Shown here: positions 9,527 through 20,385 of the stretch, in pieces
How positions within the stretch are numbered: the stretch's first letter is position 1
How the letters are laid out: each line of letters starts with the position of its first letter
Origin: an uncultured bacterium
Lineage (GTDB): Bacteria; UBP7; UBA6624
DNA length: 50,315 bases
Direction of reading: 5' to 3'
Assembly: GCA_964012435.1 (NCBI GenBank)
Contig: CAXGSM010000010.1
Span: 1-50,315, forward strand
The notes under the pieces: model-generated
The model's database searches: none
What the model was told of the DNA's origin: nothing
What the model saw: the letters and a program-made list of their open reading frames with translations, nothing else
Position numbers and translations under genes: made by a program

Positions 9527-10984
9527 ATGGTTTATTTAAATTTGATATCTAGCCTTTTTGGCGCTATTTTAATATTTGGAATTGTTGTTTTCATTCATGA
9601 GTTAGGTCATTATCTTGCTGCAAAAAAATGTGGTGTTGGTGTTGAAGAATTTGCTGTTGGTTTTGGCAAATGTTTGTTTAGTTTTCAGTCTAAAGAAACA
9701 CTTTGGAAAATCAACATGATTCCTTTAGGCGGGTATGTCCTTATAAAAGGGATGGTTGAGGATGAAGATTCTGAAGATGAAAAAGCCAATATTGATTCTG
9801 AAGGTAAATCATTTGATGAAATATCTTTATTGAAGAAGGTTTTTATACTTTTTGCTGGTCCTTTAGCAAATATGATTTTAGCTTTTTTTATTTTTTTTCT
9901 TGTAGTTTTTTCCTACGGTGACCCAAAAAGATTGATAACAATAGATGAAATGATAGATGATGAATTTATTGTTGGGCTAGCTCCAACCGGTTCCATTGTT
10001 AGCGGTGTTGCTACAGAGTCAAGATTGATTGAAGCCATTGCATGGCCTTCTGAAAAAGATTTTTTCTCCAAAGTGGAAGAAGCAAGATTGAATTCAGACA
10101 GAATTCGTATAGATCTAGATTGGATTGGACAGAGGCTTGGTCCGATTTATTATGAGCCACAATTAGGAAAATCAGCAATTAGCTTTCGTGTCGAACCACA
10201 AATTGATAATGTTTTTTTAAGCGAGGATGTTGGGAGGATTTCTGTATCCAGAATCGGTAATTTAAACCTCGAGGAAGCACCGTTAACTCAAAGTACTTTT
10301 GATTTGTTGCTTAGTGAAGATGTGAAGATTGTTATGAAGGACAGAGCCGTGTTTACTGTGGATAGATCAGATTTAATTGAACATATTGACCAAAATTTAT
10401 CGATAAAAGATATTTTTTCAATTGATGGAATGACTTCTTTTGAAGACCTTTCAGCAATTTCTTCATCTCAGATAGAAATTTATTATCAAGATTTAGATGG
10501 GAAAAAAGAGAGCTTGATTGTTGAAAGGTCTGAACTTTTAAGCTTGTTTTCATTTATGCCTAAAAGAACTGAAGTTAAAGGTTTTGATCTTTTTAAAATC
10601 TCTTTTTCAAATACTTCATTTGCTGCAGCCCAAATTTTTGGTTTTGTTGGAAGCATATTTAGGTTTGAGAAAAAAGCCTTAGAGAATGTTGGTGGTCCGG
10701 TAGCCATAATTTCAATCTCCTCTCAAGTTGTGAAGCAAGGATTAGAGAACTCTTTAACTTTTTTAGCCCTTTTATCTGTTAATTTGGGGATTTTGAATCT
10801 TCTTTTGATTTTTATTCCTAACTTAGATGGAGGCAGAATAATGATTGAAATTATAGAAAATTTTGTTCCTGTTTCCAAAAAACAAACTGTTAAAAAGGTA
10901 ACAAAATCATTACTTTCAATTGGTGGCTACGCATTGATTATCTTGTTTTTAATAATAACAATAAGAGACATAGGGAGACTTTAA
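9527..10984 (+). CDS. rseP: Site-2 (M50) intramembrane metalloprotease RseP
   Basis: HELGH, IPLGGYV, AGPLAN, LDGG; ATG 9527 just after cdsA stop (ORF track uses TTG 9518). Confidence 0.92.
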   Translation: MVYLNLISSLFGAILIFGIVVFIHELGHYLAAKKCGVGVEEFAVGFGKCLFSFQSKETLWKINMIPLGGYVLIKGMVEDEDSEDEKANIDSEGKSFDEISLLKKVFILFAGPLANMILAFFIFFLVVFSYGDPKRLITIDEMIDDEFIVGLAPTGSIVSGVATESRLIEAIAWPSEKDFFSKVEEARLNSDRIRIDLDWIGQRLGPIYYEPQLGKSAISFRVEPQIDNVFLSEDVGRISVSRIGNLNLEEAPLTQSTFDLLLSEDVKIVMKDRAVFTVDRSDLIEHIDQNLSIKDIFSIDGMTSFEDLSAISSSQIEIYYQDLDGKKESLIVERSELLSLFSFMPKRTEVKGFDLFKISFSNTSFAAAQIFGFVGSIFRFEKKALENVGGPVAIISISSQVVKQGLENSLTFLALLSVNLGILNLLLIFIPNLDGGRIMIEIIENFVPVSKKQTVKKVTKSLLSIGGYALIILFLIITIRDIGRL

Positions 10985-11625
10985 TGAAAGTTTCTGCAAT
11001 TGTTCCTGCCCATAACGAAGCGCCAAGAATTGCTAAAGTTTTAAAAATTTTGGCAGTTAGTAAAAAAATAAACCAGATTATTGTTGTTGATGACGGGTCA
11101 AGGGACGGAACAGCTGCAGCCGCTAGGAGAGTTCCTGGAGTCCTTGTTCTATCACTGCCTGAAAATCTTGGAAAAACTTCAGCTATACATATGGGTCTTG
11201 CATGTGTTAAACACGAGTGTGTTTTGTTTATCGATGCGGATTTGGTTGGGCTTGAGGTGAATCATGTAAATTCAATTATTGACCCGGTCCTCAAAAAGAT
11301 TTGCGATATGTCTGTTGGCATCTTCAAAGGTGGAAAAGTTGGTACTGATTTTGCTCAAAAAATTGCTCCAGGGTTATCTGGACAAAGAGCTGTTCTTTTA
11401 GATAAGATTTCTAATTTTCCTTTTGGAGAAGTTGCAGGTTATGGATTTGAAACTGCTTTAAATAATTTTGCTGAATCAAATAAATGGGAAATTCACAAGG
11501 CGGATTTGTTTGGGGTGGGGCAAGTTACAAAAGAAAAAAAACATGGTTTTATTGTTGGAATCATTAAAAGATTAAAAATGTATTGGGAAGTTATTGAAGG
11601 TTGGTTAAGTAGTGGAAAAAAATGA
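10984..11625 (+). CDS. Glycosyltransferase family 2
   Basis: IVPAHNEA, VVDDGS.D, N.GK, FIDADL, SGQRA. Confidence 0.92.
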   Translation: MKVSAIVPAHNEAPRIAKVLKILAVSKKINQIIVVDDGSRDGTAAAARRVPGVLVLSLPENLGKTSAIHMGLACVKHECVLFIDADLVGLEVNHVNSIIDPVLKKICDMSVGIFKGGKVGTDFAQKIAPGLSGQRAVLLDKISNFPFGEVAGYGFETALNNFAESNKWEIHKADLFGVGQVTKEKKHGFIVGIIKRLKMYWEVIEGWLSSGKK

Positions 11626-12037
11626 TTTAATTCGAAATATTGAATTTGAAGTAGCCGATATGGGATATACAATATGGGATGTTTCTATTAAGGGCCAAGG
11701 CCCTAATCGTCGCTTTACTGTTTTTTTAGATGGTCGAGTGGGTGTCAATGATTGTGCAAAGGTTTCTAAGTCTTTGAGCAATTCCAAAATTGGAAACATA
11801 TTAGAAAAGGGGCTTCTTGAAGTCTCTTCCCCCGGAGTTGAACCTGTCTTAACTAAATTAAAGCATTTTCAACGCTGGACTGGAAAGGAGGTTGAATTTA
11901 AATTAGAAAAAGTTTCAAAATCTTTTTTTGGAATTTTGATAAACTACAACAATTGTTTAGTTTTTCAAATGAAGGATGGTTTTTTCTATGTCCCTTTTCA
12001 AGTATTAAAAATGGTTAAAGGTTTAAATAGGAGTTAG
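11612..12037 (+). CDS. rimP: Ribosome maturation factor RimP
   Basis: DCAKVSK, LEVSSPGV, HF.RW.G; directly before nusA. Confidence 0.9.
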   Translation: MEKNDLIRNIEFEVADMGYTIWDVSIKGQGPNRRFTVFLDGRVGVNDCAKVSKSLSNSKIGNILEKGLLEVSSPGVEPVLTKLKHFQRWTGKEVEFKLEKVSKSFFGILINYNNCLVFQMKDGFFYVPFQVLKMVKGLNRS

Positions 12038-12040
12038 ATT

Positions 12041-13369
12041 ATGAGTGAAAAAGCATATTTTATAGATCTCAAAGAAGAGATAAGCAATATATTGAAAAAT
12101 AGAGCTATTAACGAGAATGAATTAAGAGAGTCTCTCAAGGTAGCATTTGAATCAGCTTATTCAAGTGAATTTGGTTTAGAGAGCGCGCCAGAAAATTTTA
12201 AGGTAGATGTTGATCTTATCAGGGGAACAATCAAGGCTTTTCTTTTAAAAAGAATTGTTACTAGTGTAAGAGATGATGAGTTAGAAATCTCTATAGAGGA
12301 TATAAGAAAAAAAGGTTTAGACCTGCCAATAAGGACTTTTTATCCTGATCCTTTAGATTTTCAAAAGTTAAGCAGAATTGCAATCAGACAAGCTTTAACA
12401 ATGCTTGATGAAAAAATTTCTGAATATGAAAAACATAACCTTTATTCAAAAGCAGCTGAGATGGAAGGTAACAATGTGTATGGAGAGATATATAAAGCTA
12501 TAAGAGATACAGCATGGATTGAGGTTGGAAAAATCGAAGGAATACTTAGGAAATCAGAAAGAATATTTGGAGAGTCAAGAAAGCAAAGGTTGAAAAGCGG
12601 AGTTCGCGCTTATGTTTATTCTGTTGCGAAAGATAGGGCAGGAAGGCCTCAATTGCTTTTGTCTAGAACACATCCAGAATTTTTAAGATTGCTTATGGAG
12701 GAAAATATACCAGAAGTTTCAGAAGGTGTAATTGAAATCAAAAGAGTGGTTAGGAAGCCGGGACACCGAGCAAAAGTTGCTGTTCACTCCTATAGCGATT
12801 CAGTAGAGCCTCTAGGTGCTTGTATAGGCCCTGGCGGAAGAAGAATACAGTCTGTTATAAAAGAGCTTTCGCAAGAAAAAATTGATGTTGTCAAATGGGA
12901 CGAAAGACCAAGACATTTTATTGCAAATTCAATGAGGCCTGTTAATGTGGATTTTGCAAATGTTAGATTGCTTAATTATTTAACACTGGAAGAGAAGGAA
13001 GAAGCTGGAAATACCAAAAGAAAAGCTATTGTTATTGTTCCGGTTGATGAAAAAAATAAAGCAATTGGAAGTGAGGGTGAAAATGTCAGTCTTGCAACAA
13101 GGATAACAGGATGGTCAATTGATATTTGGGATACAGCTTCATTTGACTCTTTGCCCGAGAAAGAATTGCAAGAACCTGCTTTTCAATTTCCAGCATGGTT
13201 GCTCGAGGCTCTTGTAAGCAATAATGTAAACTTAGTCAAGGATTTATTCACTTTTAGTGAAACTGACCTAGAGAAGATGGAAGGTGTAGGAGAGCTAGGA
13301 AGTCAGATACTTGTTACATTTTTACATGATTTAGGATTGATAGAAGAAAGTGGAGAAGAAGAAGCTTAA
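12041..13369 (+). CDS. nusA: Transcription factor NusA
   Basis: RIA..A, LSRTHPEF, RKPGHRAKVAV, GACIG, EKIDVV, AIG.EGENV.LA..ITGW.IDI. Confidence 0.97.
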   Translation: MSEKAYFIDLKEEISNILKNRAINENELRESLKVAFESAYSSEFGLESAPENFKVDVDLIRGTIKAFLLKRIVTSVRDDELEISIEDIRKKGLDLPIRTFYPDPLDFQKLSRIAIRQALTMLDEKISEYEKHNLYSKAAEMEGNNVYGEIYKAIRDTAWIEVGKIEGILRKSERIFGESRKQRLKSGVRAYVYSVAKDRAGRPQLLLSRTHPEFLRLLMEENIPEVSEGVIEIKRVVRKPGHRAKVAVHSYSDSVEPLGACIGPGGRRIQSVIKELSQEKIDVVKWDERPRHFIANSMRPVNVDFANVRLLNYLTLEEKEEAGNTKRKAIVIVPVDEKNKAIGSEGENVSLATRITGWSIDIWDTASFDSLPEKELQEPAFQFPAWLLEALVSNNVNLVKDLFTFSETDLEKMEGVGELGSQILVTFLHDLGLIEESGEEEA

Positions 13370-15531
13370 TGAGAGTTTTTGAATTAGCAAAAAAAATTAA
13401 CATAGATTCCAAAGAGTTGGTTGTAAAAGCTAAGGAAATCGGCATAAATGTAAATACAAGTATGTCTATCATTGAGGATGGTGATGCTGACAAGGTCCTT
13501 GCTTATCTTGGTAAAGCACCAGCTAAAGATGATAAAAAGAATATCCAGAAATCTGATTCTCAAAATGCTGTTAAGGGTGTAGTTAAGAAAAAACCAACTG
13601 GTAAAGATTTTCAAAAAGGTTCAAATCCAAATGCTGCAAATCCTTCTTTCAAAAAAGAGAACAGGAAAAAGGAAGCAAGGAAAGCACAGCTTGGAGGCAG
13701 GAAAAGTTCAACCAAGCTTGGCTCAAGGGTTGCAAAGTCTTTTTCAGTAAGGCTTACCGAAACAGCAAGTGCCGTTAGCGAAAGATCTAAAGAGATTAAT
13801 TCAATCAATTTAGGCTTGACAATAAAAGAAATTTCAAAACTTTTGGGTATACCTATAGCAAATATTTTTTCATTTTTTGAGATGGAAGATAAGGATATAG
13901 ATTGCAAACCAAATAAAACCCAAATTATTTCTTTATTGGAAAAATGGAATATAGAACATATAAAAATTATCGAGCACAAGCAAGATGAGCCAATTTTAAA
14001 GATAGATGAAAAATCTTTAACAAAAAGAGTTCCTATTGTTACTGTTATGGGCCATGTTGATCATGGGAAAACAACTTTACTTGATTACATTAGGCAAACT
14101 TCTGTTGCCTCTGGTGAGTTTGGTGCTATAACGCAAAAGATTGGAGCAACTCTTGCATCAACAAAAGATGGTAGAAATATAACTTTTATAGATACACCTG
14201 GACATAGTTCTTTTACCTCCATGAGAGCCAGAGGTGCACAGGTTACTGATGTTGCAGTGCTGGTTGTTTCTGCAGACGAAGGCCCAAGAGAGCAAACTAT
14301 TGAAGCTTATGAGCATATCCAAGCTGCTAAAGTAGAAATGGTCGTTGCTTTGAATAAAATGGACAGCCCTAGGGCGAACCCAAATAAGGTTTTAGGCCAA
14401 TTGCAAAAAATTGGAATCAATCCTTCTGCACTTGGTGGAGATATACCTTTATTCCCAATTAGTGCAAAAAGTGGAGAAGGTGTGGATTTGCTTCTAGAAG
14501 GAATAGTTGAATTAAGTGATATATTAGAGCTTAAAGCTGATAGTACGTCTAAGGTCCAGGGTGTTGTGATTGAGTCTGAAATAAAGGAAAACGGAAAAAC
14601 ATGTACTGCTATTGTTTTGCAAGGCATCCTGAAGCCGAAAAGTATTTTGTTATTTCGGGATGATTTTGCCGCTGTTAGAGGCTTGAATTCTTATGATGGT
14701 AAAAAGCTTGATAGCGTGCATCCTGGAATGCCTGTTGAGATTACAGGATTAAATCATATACCTTCCTCTGGAGAGAAATTTATAGAGGTTAAGAATCAAA
14801 AAGCAGCAAAAAAAGTTTTAAGAACCAGGTTGAAACAAAAAACAAAATCCTCAGAGCAAAGAGTAGCTGATTTAGATTCTCTTTTTGGAGAGGTTTCTAG
14901 CAAGGAATTTAAACTCATAGTTAAAGCTTCTAGCTATGGAGCTTTGGAGGCAGTTAAAAAAGAGATTGAAGCATTAAAGTCAGAAGAGTTTAAAGTTTTT
15001 GTAATCAGCTCAAGTGTAGGCGATGTAACTACTGCCGATGTAGATTTAGCTCATTCTTCTGAAGCCTCAATACTTGGTTTTGAGGTTGGTATCGCTGGTA
15101 CTGCAGCCAAGTTGTCTAAAGAAAAATCAATCAAAATAAGTGTAAATAATTTAATTTATAAATTGTTAGAAAATATTAAAAGTGAAATTATTGACTCTAT
15201 TGATGCAGATGAAGAGGAATTTGAATCTGGCAGATTGAGGCTTTTGGAGATATTTAGAGAAACTCCTAGACTGACAATAGCGGGAGGAAAAATTGAATCT
15301 GGCTTCATCACGAGAGGTTCAAGATGTCGCATATTCAGAGATGGAGATATGATTTTTGAAGGAAGAATTGATAATTTAAGACGTTTTAAAGAGGATGTAA
15401 AGGAAGTTAAAGAAGGGTTTGAATGTGGTTTCAGGGTTGTGGGTAAACCAGGATTGAAACCAGGTGACGAGCTGGTTACGCACAGGATAGAAAAAAGAAA
15501 GAAAACTGAATCTGAGGTATTTGGGAAATGA
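13369..15531 (+). CDS. infB: Translation initiation factor IF-2
   Basis: MRVFELAK N-terminus, [27 protein letters not shown]. Confidence 0.98.
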   Translation: MRVFELAKKINIDSKELVVKAKEIGINVNTSMSIIEDGDADKVLAYLGKAPAKDDKKNIQKSDSQNAVKGVVKKKPTGKDFQKGSNPNAANPSFKKENRKKEARKAQLGGRKSSTKLGSRVAKSFSVRLTETASAVSERSKEINSINLGLTIKEISKLLGIPIANIFSFFEMEDKDIDCKPNKTQIISLLEKWNIEHIKIIEHKQDEPILKIDEKSLTKRVPIVTVMGHVDHGKTTLLDYIRQTSVASGEFGAITQKIGATLASTKDGRNITFIDTPGHSSFTSMRARGAQVTDVAVLVVSADEGPREQTIEAYEHIQAAKVEMVVALNKMDSPRANPNKVLGQLQKIGINPSALGGDIPLFPISAKSGEGVDLLLEGIVELSDILELKADSTSKVQGVVIESEIKENGKTCTAIVLQGILKPKSILLFRDDFAAVRGLNSYDGKKLDSVHPGMPVEITGLNHIPSSGEKFIEVKNQKAAKKVLRTRLKQKTKSSEQRVADLDSLFGEVSSKEFKLIVKASSYGALEAVKKEIEALKSEEFKVFVISSSVGDVTTADVDLAHSSEASILGFEVGIAGTAAKLSKEKSIKISVNNLIYKLLENIKSEIIDSIDADEEEFESGRLRLLEIFRETPRLTIAGGKIESGFITRGSRCRIFRDGDMIFEGRIDNLRRFKEDVKEVKEGFECGFRVVGKPGLKPGDELVTHRIEKRKKTESEVFGK

Positions 15532-15863
15532 AGCCGTTAAGCATTTTCAAATCAATCAAAGCTTGCCTTGCAAGGGAGATATCAGAATTAGACGACCCAA
15601 GGATACCTCCTGATCTAACTTTGACAAAAATTGATTTTTCTAGAGGTTATGGGAAATTGGATGTTTATATAAGCAGCAGCTTAAGCAGGAAAAAGAAAAC
15701 AATTCTTCACACAATGAATATTGCAAAAAGAAGAATAGTCTCCAGGGCTTTAAGCGGTTTAAGGCTTAGGAAAATTCCAAAATTAGATTTTTTTTGGGAT
15801 GACACTGTTGAAAAAGCATTTAGGATTAATGAAATTTTAAATAAATCTTTACCCGATGATTGA
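15528..15863 (+). CDS. rbfA: Ribosome-binding factor A (divergent)
   Basis: DDPRI, LRLRKIPKLDF.WD, RINEIL; follows infB. Confidence 0.85.
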   Translation: MKPLSIFKSIKACLAREISELDDPRIPPDLTLTKIDFSRGYGKLDVYISSSLSRKKKTILHTMNIAKRRIVSRALSGLRLRKIPKLDFFWDDTVEKAFRINEILNKSLPDD

Positions 15864-16812
15864 AAAAGTAATCGAAGTAATTAAAAGTAATAAGAACTTT
15901 TTAATCCTTTCACACAAGGATCCTGATGGGGATTCAGTAGGAAGCTTAATATCTTTTAATAATTTAATTAATTCCTTGGATGGAAAGAGTTCATCATGTG
16001 TTTGTATTGATGATATCCCTGATATTTATTCTTTTTTTTCAGGTATAAAAAAAATAAAAACGAAATTGCCAAATGATGATTACGATGTAATTATTTTTTT
16101 GGATATAGCAGTTGATCATAGGCTGAATAAAGGTTTCCAATCTTTTTTAAATGGTAAGTTTTTGACTGTTAATATTGATCATCATCTCAGCAATTCTTTT
16201 TTTGCAGATGTTAATTATGTTGAGGAAAATGCTGCATCGACAACTGTTCTGATATATAAATTGTTCAAAGAATTAGATTTAAAAATGAGTCAAGAATCGA
16301 TTGATGCTATCTTGTTAGGGCTTATGACTGATACTGGAAACTTTACATTTAACACTAGCCGTTCAGAAACTTTCAAAATAGCAGCTGATTTGATAGACCT
16401 TGGAGCAAGTGTTTCATTCCTTAAAGAACAGGTTTATTTTTCACAGCCCTTGAGGAAGATTAAACTTTTAACAAAAATTATGAAAAGGATAAATATTGAT
16501 ACATCAAATAAAATTGCATGGTCTTATTCAAGGTTTTCTGACTGGCAACGATATAGTATTACATCTCCTGATTTTGAAGGAATACCAGAAGAATGCAATT
16601 CAATTAAAGATGTAGATTTATTTATTCTCTTTAGAGAAGAAGATAATGGTTTGATTAAAATGAATTTAAGATCAAAAGGTGCTTTGGATTCAAGAATTAT
16701 TGCTAATAAATATGGAGGAGGAGGTCATTTCCATGCTTCTGGAGCTAGGTGTTTTGGTGATCTTGATCAGGTTATGAATTCAGTTATAAGCCATGCAAAA
16801 AAGATTTTTTAA
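15856..16812 (+). CDS. nrnA: DHH/DHHA1 phosphoesterase (NrnA-like oligoribonuclease/pAp phosphatase)
   Basis: H.DPDGD, IDHH, TDTGNF, GGGGH..ASG. Confidence 0.92.
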   Translation: MIEKVIEVIKSNKNFLILSHKDPDGDSVGSLISFNNLINSLDGKSSSCVCIDDIPDIYSFFSGIKKIKTKLPNDDYDVIIFLDIAVDHRLNKGFQSFLNGKFLTVNIDHHLSNSFFADVNYVEENAASTTVLIYKLFKELDLKMSQESIDAILLGLMTDTGNFTFNTSRSETFKIAADLIDLGASVSFLKEQVYFSQPLRKIKLLTKIMKRINIDTSNKIAWSYSRFSDWQRYSITSPDFEGIPEECNSIKDVDLFILFREEDNGLIKMNLRSKGALDSRIIANKYGGGGHFHASGARCFGDLDQVMNSVISHAKKIF

Positions 16813-16813
16813 A

Positions 16814-17434
16814 ATGATTATAAAAAAGAAGACTTTATTAATATTTGTTTTTTTATTTTCTTTTGGGTTTGAAAGCTCTGATCATGAATTCAAAAAAACA
16901 GAATCCGCACTAATCAATCATTTTGTATTCAAAGAATCTTATTTGTTTGATTTTTGCAAAGGATGTAATGGTGATGTTGACTCTTTGTATGTTAAAAAAA
17001 AAGACAGCAGTGCATGGTTGCCTTTAAAGAATTTTTCTTACTTAGATTTCAACAGCTCTCAAGATCCAAGAATTTTTTTGCCTGGAGATATACCTAAGGA
17101 AAAAATTTTTGAAATTAATGAGTTGTTTTTTGCTATGTCTTTAGCAAATGATAAGCTTTGGGAAGAGATTATTTATTTAATTGAGTTTGGATTGAAGAAT
17201 AATTTTTTATTTTTTGAAAAGGATGGTCAGGTTTTTTCATATTCTGAACCAGTTTCAAAAGAGGCTCTAGGATCATTTAAAAAATCGATTGAAGGTATTG
17301 AATCTAGGTTGTTTTTCATTGATTCAAATCGCTTTCATTTTTTTCTTGATGCTGTTTTGTTGCTGCCTGATTCTTTCAAACGTGATTGGTTTGATAGAAT
17401 AGAGTCTTGGCAACCACCTAAGTTACCAAATTAA
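16814..17434 (+). CDS. Hypothetical protein, probably exported
   Basis: KKK plus hydrophobic N-terminus, CKGC motif; fills the gap between nrnA and the next gene; ORF track start 16793. Confidence 0.7.
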   Translation: MIIKKKTLLIFVFLFSFGFESSDHEFKKTESALINHFVFKESYLFDFCKGCNGDVDSLYVKKKDSSAWLPLKNFSYLDFNSSQDPRIFLPGDIPKEKIFEINELFFAMSLANDKLWEEIIYLIEFGLKNNFLFFEKDGQVFSYSEPVSKEALGSFKKSIEGIESRLFFIDSNRFHFFLDAVLLLPDSFKRDWFDRIESWQPPKLPN

Positions 17435-17437
17435 ATT

Positions 17438-18478
17438 ATGTTGAAAATTTCTGTTTTACCTGGAGATGGGATTGGCCCAGAAGTAACTGATGTTGCTGTT
17501 AATGCAGTTAAATTTCTTCTTAGAGATGAAATTGATATTATTTCTTTTCCTGATTTGACTACTAAAAATTGGGTTGAATCAAGGAATGATTTGGATGAAT
17601 CTAAAATGGATAAAATTTTATCAACTGATGCAATTTTTTTAGGTGCAGTTGGTGATGATTTAGACATAGATTTTGCTGCTAGGGTTCTTCTGAGGTTAAG
17701 GTTTGAGCTCGATCTTTATGTTAATTTGAGACCGTGTGTGTGTAGGGTACCGGATTTATCACCTTTGAAAAAATCAAAAGATATTGATTTGCTTATCGTT
17801 AGAGAGAACACCGAAGGTTTTTATAGACAAATTGGTGGATGGGAAAACAAGGGTCTAGAAAATGAGATGGCTTGGCAAAGAGGTGAATATACTAGAAAAG
17901 GTACTGAAAGAATTATCCGTTATGCATTTGAGTTAGCTAAAAAAGATTCAAGAGACCGTGTAACCATGGTTGATAAAAGCAATGTGCTCAGGCATGGACA
18001 TCAGTTATGGTTAGATATTTTTAATGAAATATCTCAAGATTACACTGAAATCCAAGCAGACCACCTTTATGTTGATGCATGCAGCATGCAATTGGTAAAA
18101 AGACCTGAATCTTTTGGAGTGCTTGTTTCTACAAATATGTTTGGTGATATCATTTCTGATATAGGTGCTCAGATAGTAGGCGGTCTTGGTTTGGCTGAAT
18201 CGGGAAATATTCATCCTGGAAAAATTTCTCTTTTTGAACCCGTTCATGGATCTGCTCCAAAATACGCAGGCAAAAATGTTGCCAATCCTTTTGCTGCAGT
18301 TTTAAGCATGGCTTTACTTCTCAAAAACAACAACAAAACAAAAGAAGGTTTGATTTTAGATGAAGCTGTAACTCAGATGTTGAAAGAGAAAAAATGCACT
18401 GCAGACCTAGGTGGCAATCTTGGAACTTCTGAGGTCAATTCAGAATTAATGGCTAAACTTGATTTTTTAACCTCTTAA
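17438..18478 (+). CDS. leuB: 3-isopropylmalate dehydrogenase / beta-decarboxylating dehydrogenase family
   Basis: PGDGIGPEV, LRLRFELDLYVNLRP, VRENTEG.Y, NMFGDIISD, FEPVHGSAP; substrate specificity not certain. Confidence 0.8.
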   Translation: MLKISVLPGDGIGPEVTDVAVNAVKFLLRDEIDIISFPDLTTKNWVESRNDLDESKMDKILSTDAIFLGAVGDDLDIDFAARVLLRLRFELDLYVNLRPCVCRVPDLSPLKKSKDIDLLIVRENTEGFYRQIGGWENKGLENEMAWQRGEYTRKGTERIIRYAFELAKKDSRDRVTMVDKSNVLRHGHQLWLDIFNEISQDYTEIQADHLYVDACSMQLVKRPESFGVLVSTNMFGDIISDIGAQIVGGLGLAESGNIHPGKISLFEPVHGSAPKYAGKNVANPFAAVLSMALLLKNNNKTKEGLILDEAVTQMLKEKKCTADLGGNLGTSEVNSELMAKLDFLTS

Positions 18479-18515
18479 TCTTTTCTAACCTTATTCGCAT
18501 AGTTGAAAAATAATT

Positions 18516-18527
18516 TATACTTCACTT
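18516..18527 (+). promoter_or_regulatory. Putative -10 element directly ahead of lptB (leaderless geometry)
   Basis: TATACT at 18516-18521, 6 nt before ATG 18528; no SD. Confidence 0.5.
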
Positions 18528-19241
18528 ATGACTAAAATTGAATCTGAAGGTTTGGTTAAAAAGTATGGCAGCAGGGTTGTTGTTAATAATGTAAGCATTT
18601 CAATTCCTAAAGGAAAAGCGATTGGCCTTTTAGGCCCAAATGGTGCGGGTAAAACAACCACTTTTTACATGATTACTGGTCTTGTTAAACCCGATGCTGG
18701 TAAGGTTTCATTACATGGTGAGGATGTTTCGAAATTTCCTGTTTACAAAAGGGCTAGATTAGGAATTGGATACCTGGATCAAAGCCCAAGTGTTTTTAGA
18801 AGATTGACTGTAGAGGAAAACATCAGATTGGTTCTAGAGGTTAATAAAATACCCAAGAAAGAACATAAAGACAGAGTTGATTCTCTTTTGGAAGAAATGG
18901 GGATAGAGCATCTTAAAAATTCCTTAGGCTATGCTCTTTCTGGTGGAGAAAGACGTAGGGTTGAGATTGCTAGATCCATAGCCAATAATCCTGATTTTAT
19001 ACTTTTAGATGAACCTTTTACAGGTGTGGATCCATTGCATATTCAACAATTGCATGAAATTATCATATCGTTAAAGGAAAAAAGAGGTTTAGGTGTTTTG
19101 ATCACAGATCACAATCATCTTGCAATGTTAAATATAGCAGATTGGATATACCTGATGAACGAAGGAAAGATAGAAGTTCAAGGAACTCCGGACGAAATTA
19201 AAAAATCAAATAAAGCAAAAGAAATTTATTTGGGAAATTAA
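18528..19241 (+). CDS. lptB: LPS export ABC transporter ATPase
   Basis: GPNGAGKTTTFYMI.G, RARLGIGYL.Q..SVFR.LTV, LSGGERRRVEIAR, LITDHN. Confidence 0.95.
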   Translation: MTKIESEGLVKKYGSRVVVNNVSISIPKGKAIGLLGPNGAGKTTTFYMITGLVKPDAGKVSLHGEDVSKFPVYKRARLGIGYLDQSPSVFRRLTVEENIRLVLEVNKIPKKEHKDRVDSLLEEMGIEHLKNSLGYALSGGERRRVEIARSIANNPDFILLDEPFTGVDPLHIQQLHEIIISLKEKRGLGVLITDHNHLAMLNIADWIYLMNEGKIEVQGTPDEIKKSNKAKEIYLGN

Positions 19242-19242
19242 C

Positions 19243-20367
19243 TTGAAGCTAGTAGATATTTTTGTATTAAGGCAAATTAGAGGTCTTTTTTTATATGGCC
19301 TTGTTACCTTTACTTTTCTAGTTCTTTTTTCCGCTTCTTTTAAAACAGCGGTCAAAATGATTGTAGATATGGAAACCCCAATATCACAGGTTTCAGAGTT
19401 TTTAGCATTAGGGATACCTCAATCAGTTGTTGTAGCCATCCCTATGACCATTTTACTGGCTTCAATATTAACTTTCTCACAACTTTCTTCTAGTGGAGAA
19501 CTGCGAGCAGCTCTTGTTTCAGGCTCAAGTTTGAGAAGGATTGCTTCAAGCGTGATTGTTATTGGTTTTTTTTCATTTTTACTTTCAGTTTCTTTGAATG
19601 AGTTTGTAATACCTTCCTCGGTTGAAAAAATGGAAAAATTGGCTGTAGAGATTTACAGAGAAGGTAGGGCGCAAGAAAATGATGTTAATTTTGAATCCTA
19701 TTATCCATCTGGTAATATGAAATGGAATTTAATTGCTCAAAATTTAGACAACAATGTTTTAAATAATTTGCATTTATTCAGATATGAAGATCAAGAAAAC
19801 CAATTAATGTTTTCAGAGTATTTTTTAGCCGAAAAAGGGCTTTATATATCTAATGATGGCTCATGGGAGCTTCTTAATGTAGTAACGCTTTCTAACCTTG
19901 GTTCCGGTCGTTTTGCAAATTTGAAACAAGATAAAGTTCGTGTTTTTTTTGAAGAGAGCCCCACAAACATTAAGAAGCTTAGAACAAAAGATGTGCAGGA
20001 GATGAATTATTTAAATGCTAAAAATTATGTTTCTGAGGTAAGAAAAAGGGGTGAATCCATGAAGGCTGATAAGTTGGCAACTCAAACAGAATTAAAAATC
20101 GCAGTTCCTTTTGCTTCTATTATCTTTTCCTTACTTGGAGTCGCAATGGGATCATCTTTTGAAAGGAAATCAGTAGGGCCCGGAATGGGAATTGGAATGT
20201 CAATGTTGGTTATTTTCTTTTATTATGTGGTGATGCTTGTGGGTATAGCTTTAAGCAAGATTGGCTTATCTGCAATTGTCGCAGCATGGTTCCCTAATTT
20301 TTTATTTTTAATTGTGTCTTCGTTTATTCTGCTTAAGAGAGAGAATCCAATATTGTTTTCAAAATAA
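19243..20367 (+). CDS. LptF/LptG family LPS export permease
   Basis: 3 TM + periplasmic beta domain + 3 TM; LSSSGELRA, AAWFPN; follows lptB. Confidence 0.9.
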   Translation: MKLVDIFVLRQIRGLFLYGLVTFTFLVLFSASFKTAVKMIVDMETPISQVSEFLALGIPQSVVVAIPMTILLASILTFSQLSSSGELRAALVSGSSLRRIASSVIVIGFFSFLLSVSLNEFVIPSSVEKMEKLAVEIYREGRAQENDVNFESYYPSGNMKWNLIAQNLDNNVLNNLHLFRYEDQENQLMFSEYFLAEKGLYISNDGSWELLNVVTLSNLGSGRFANLKQDKVRVFFEESPTNIKKLRTKDVQEMNYLNAKNYVSEVRKRGESMKADKLATQTELKIAVPFASIIFSLLGVAMGSSFERKSVGPGMGIGMSMLVIFFYYVVMLVGIALSKIGLSAIVAAWFPNFLFLIVSSFILLKRENPILFSK

Positions 20368-20385
20368 CATGAGGTTGTTTCTGTA

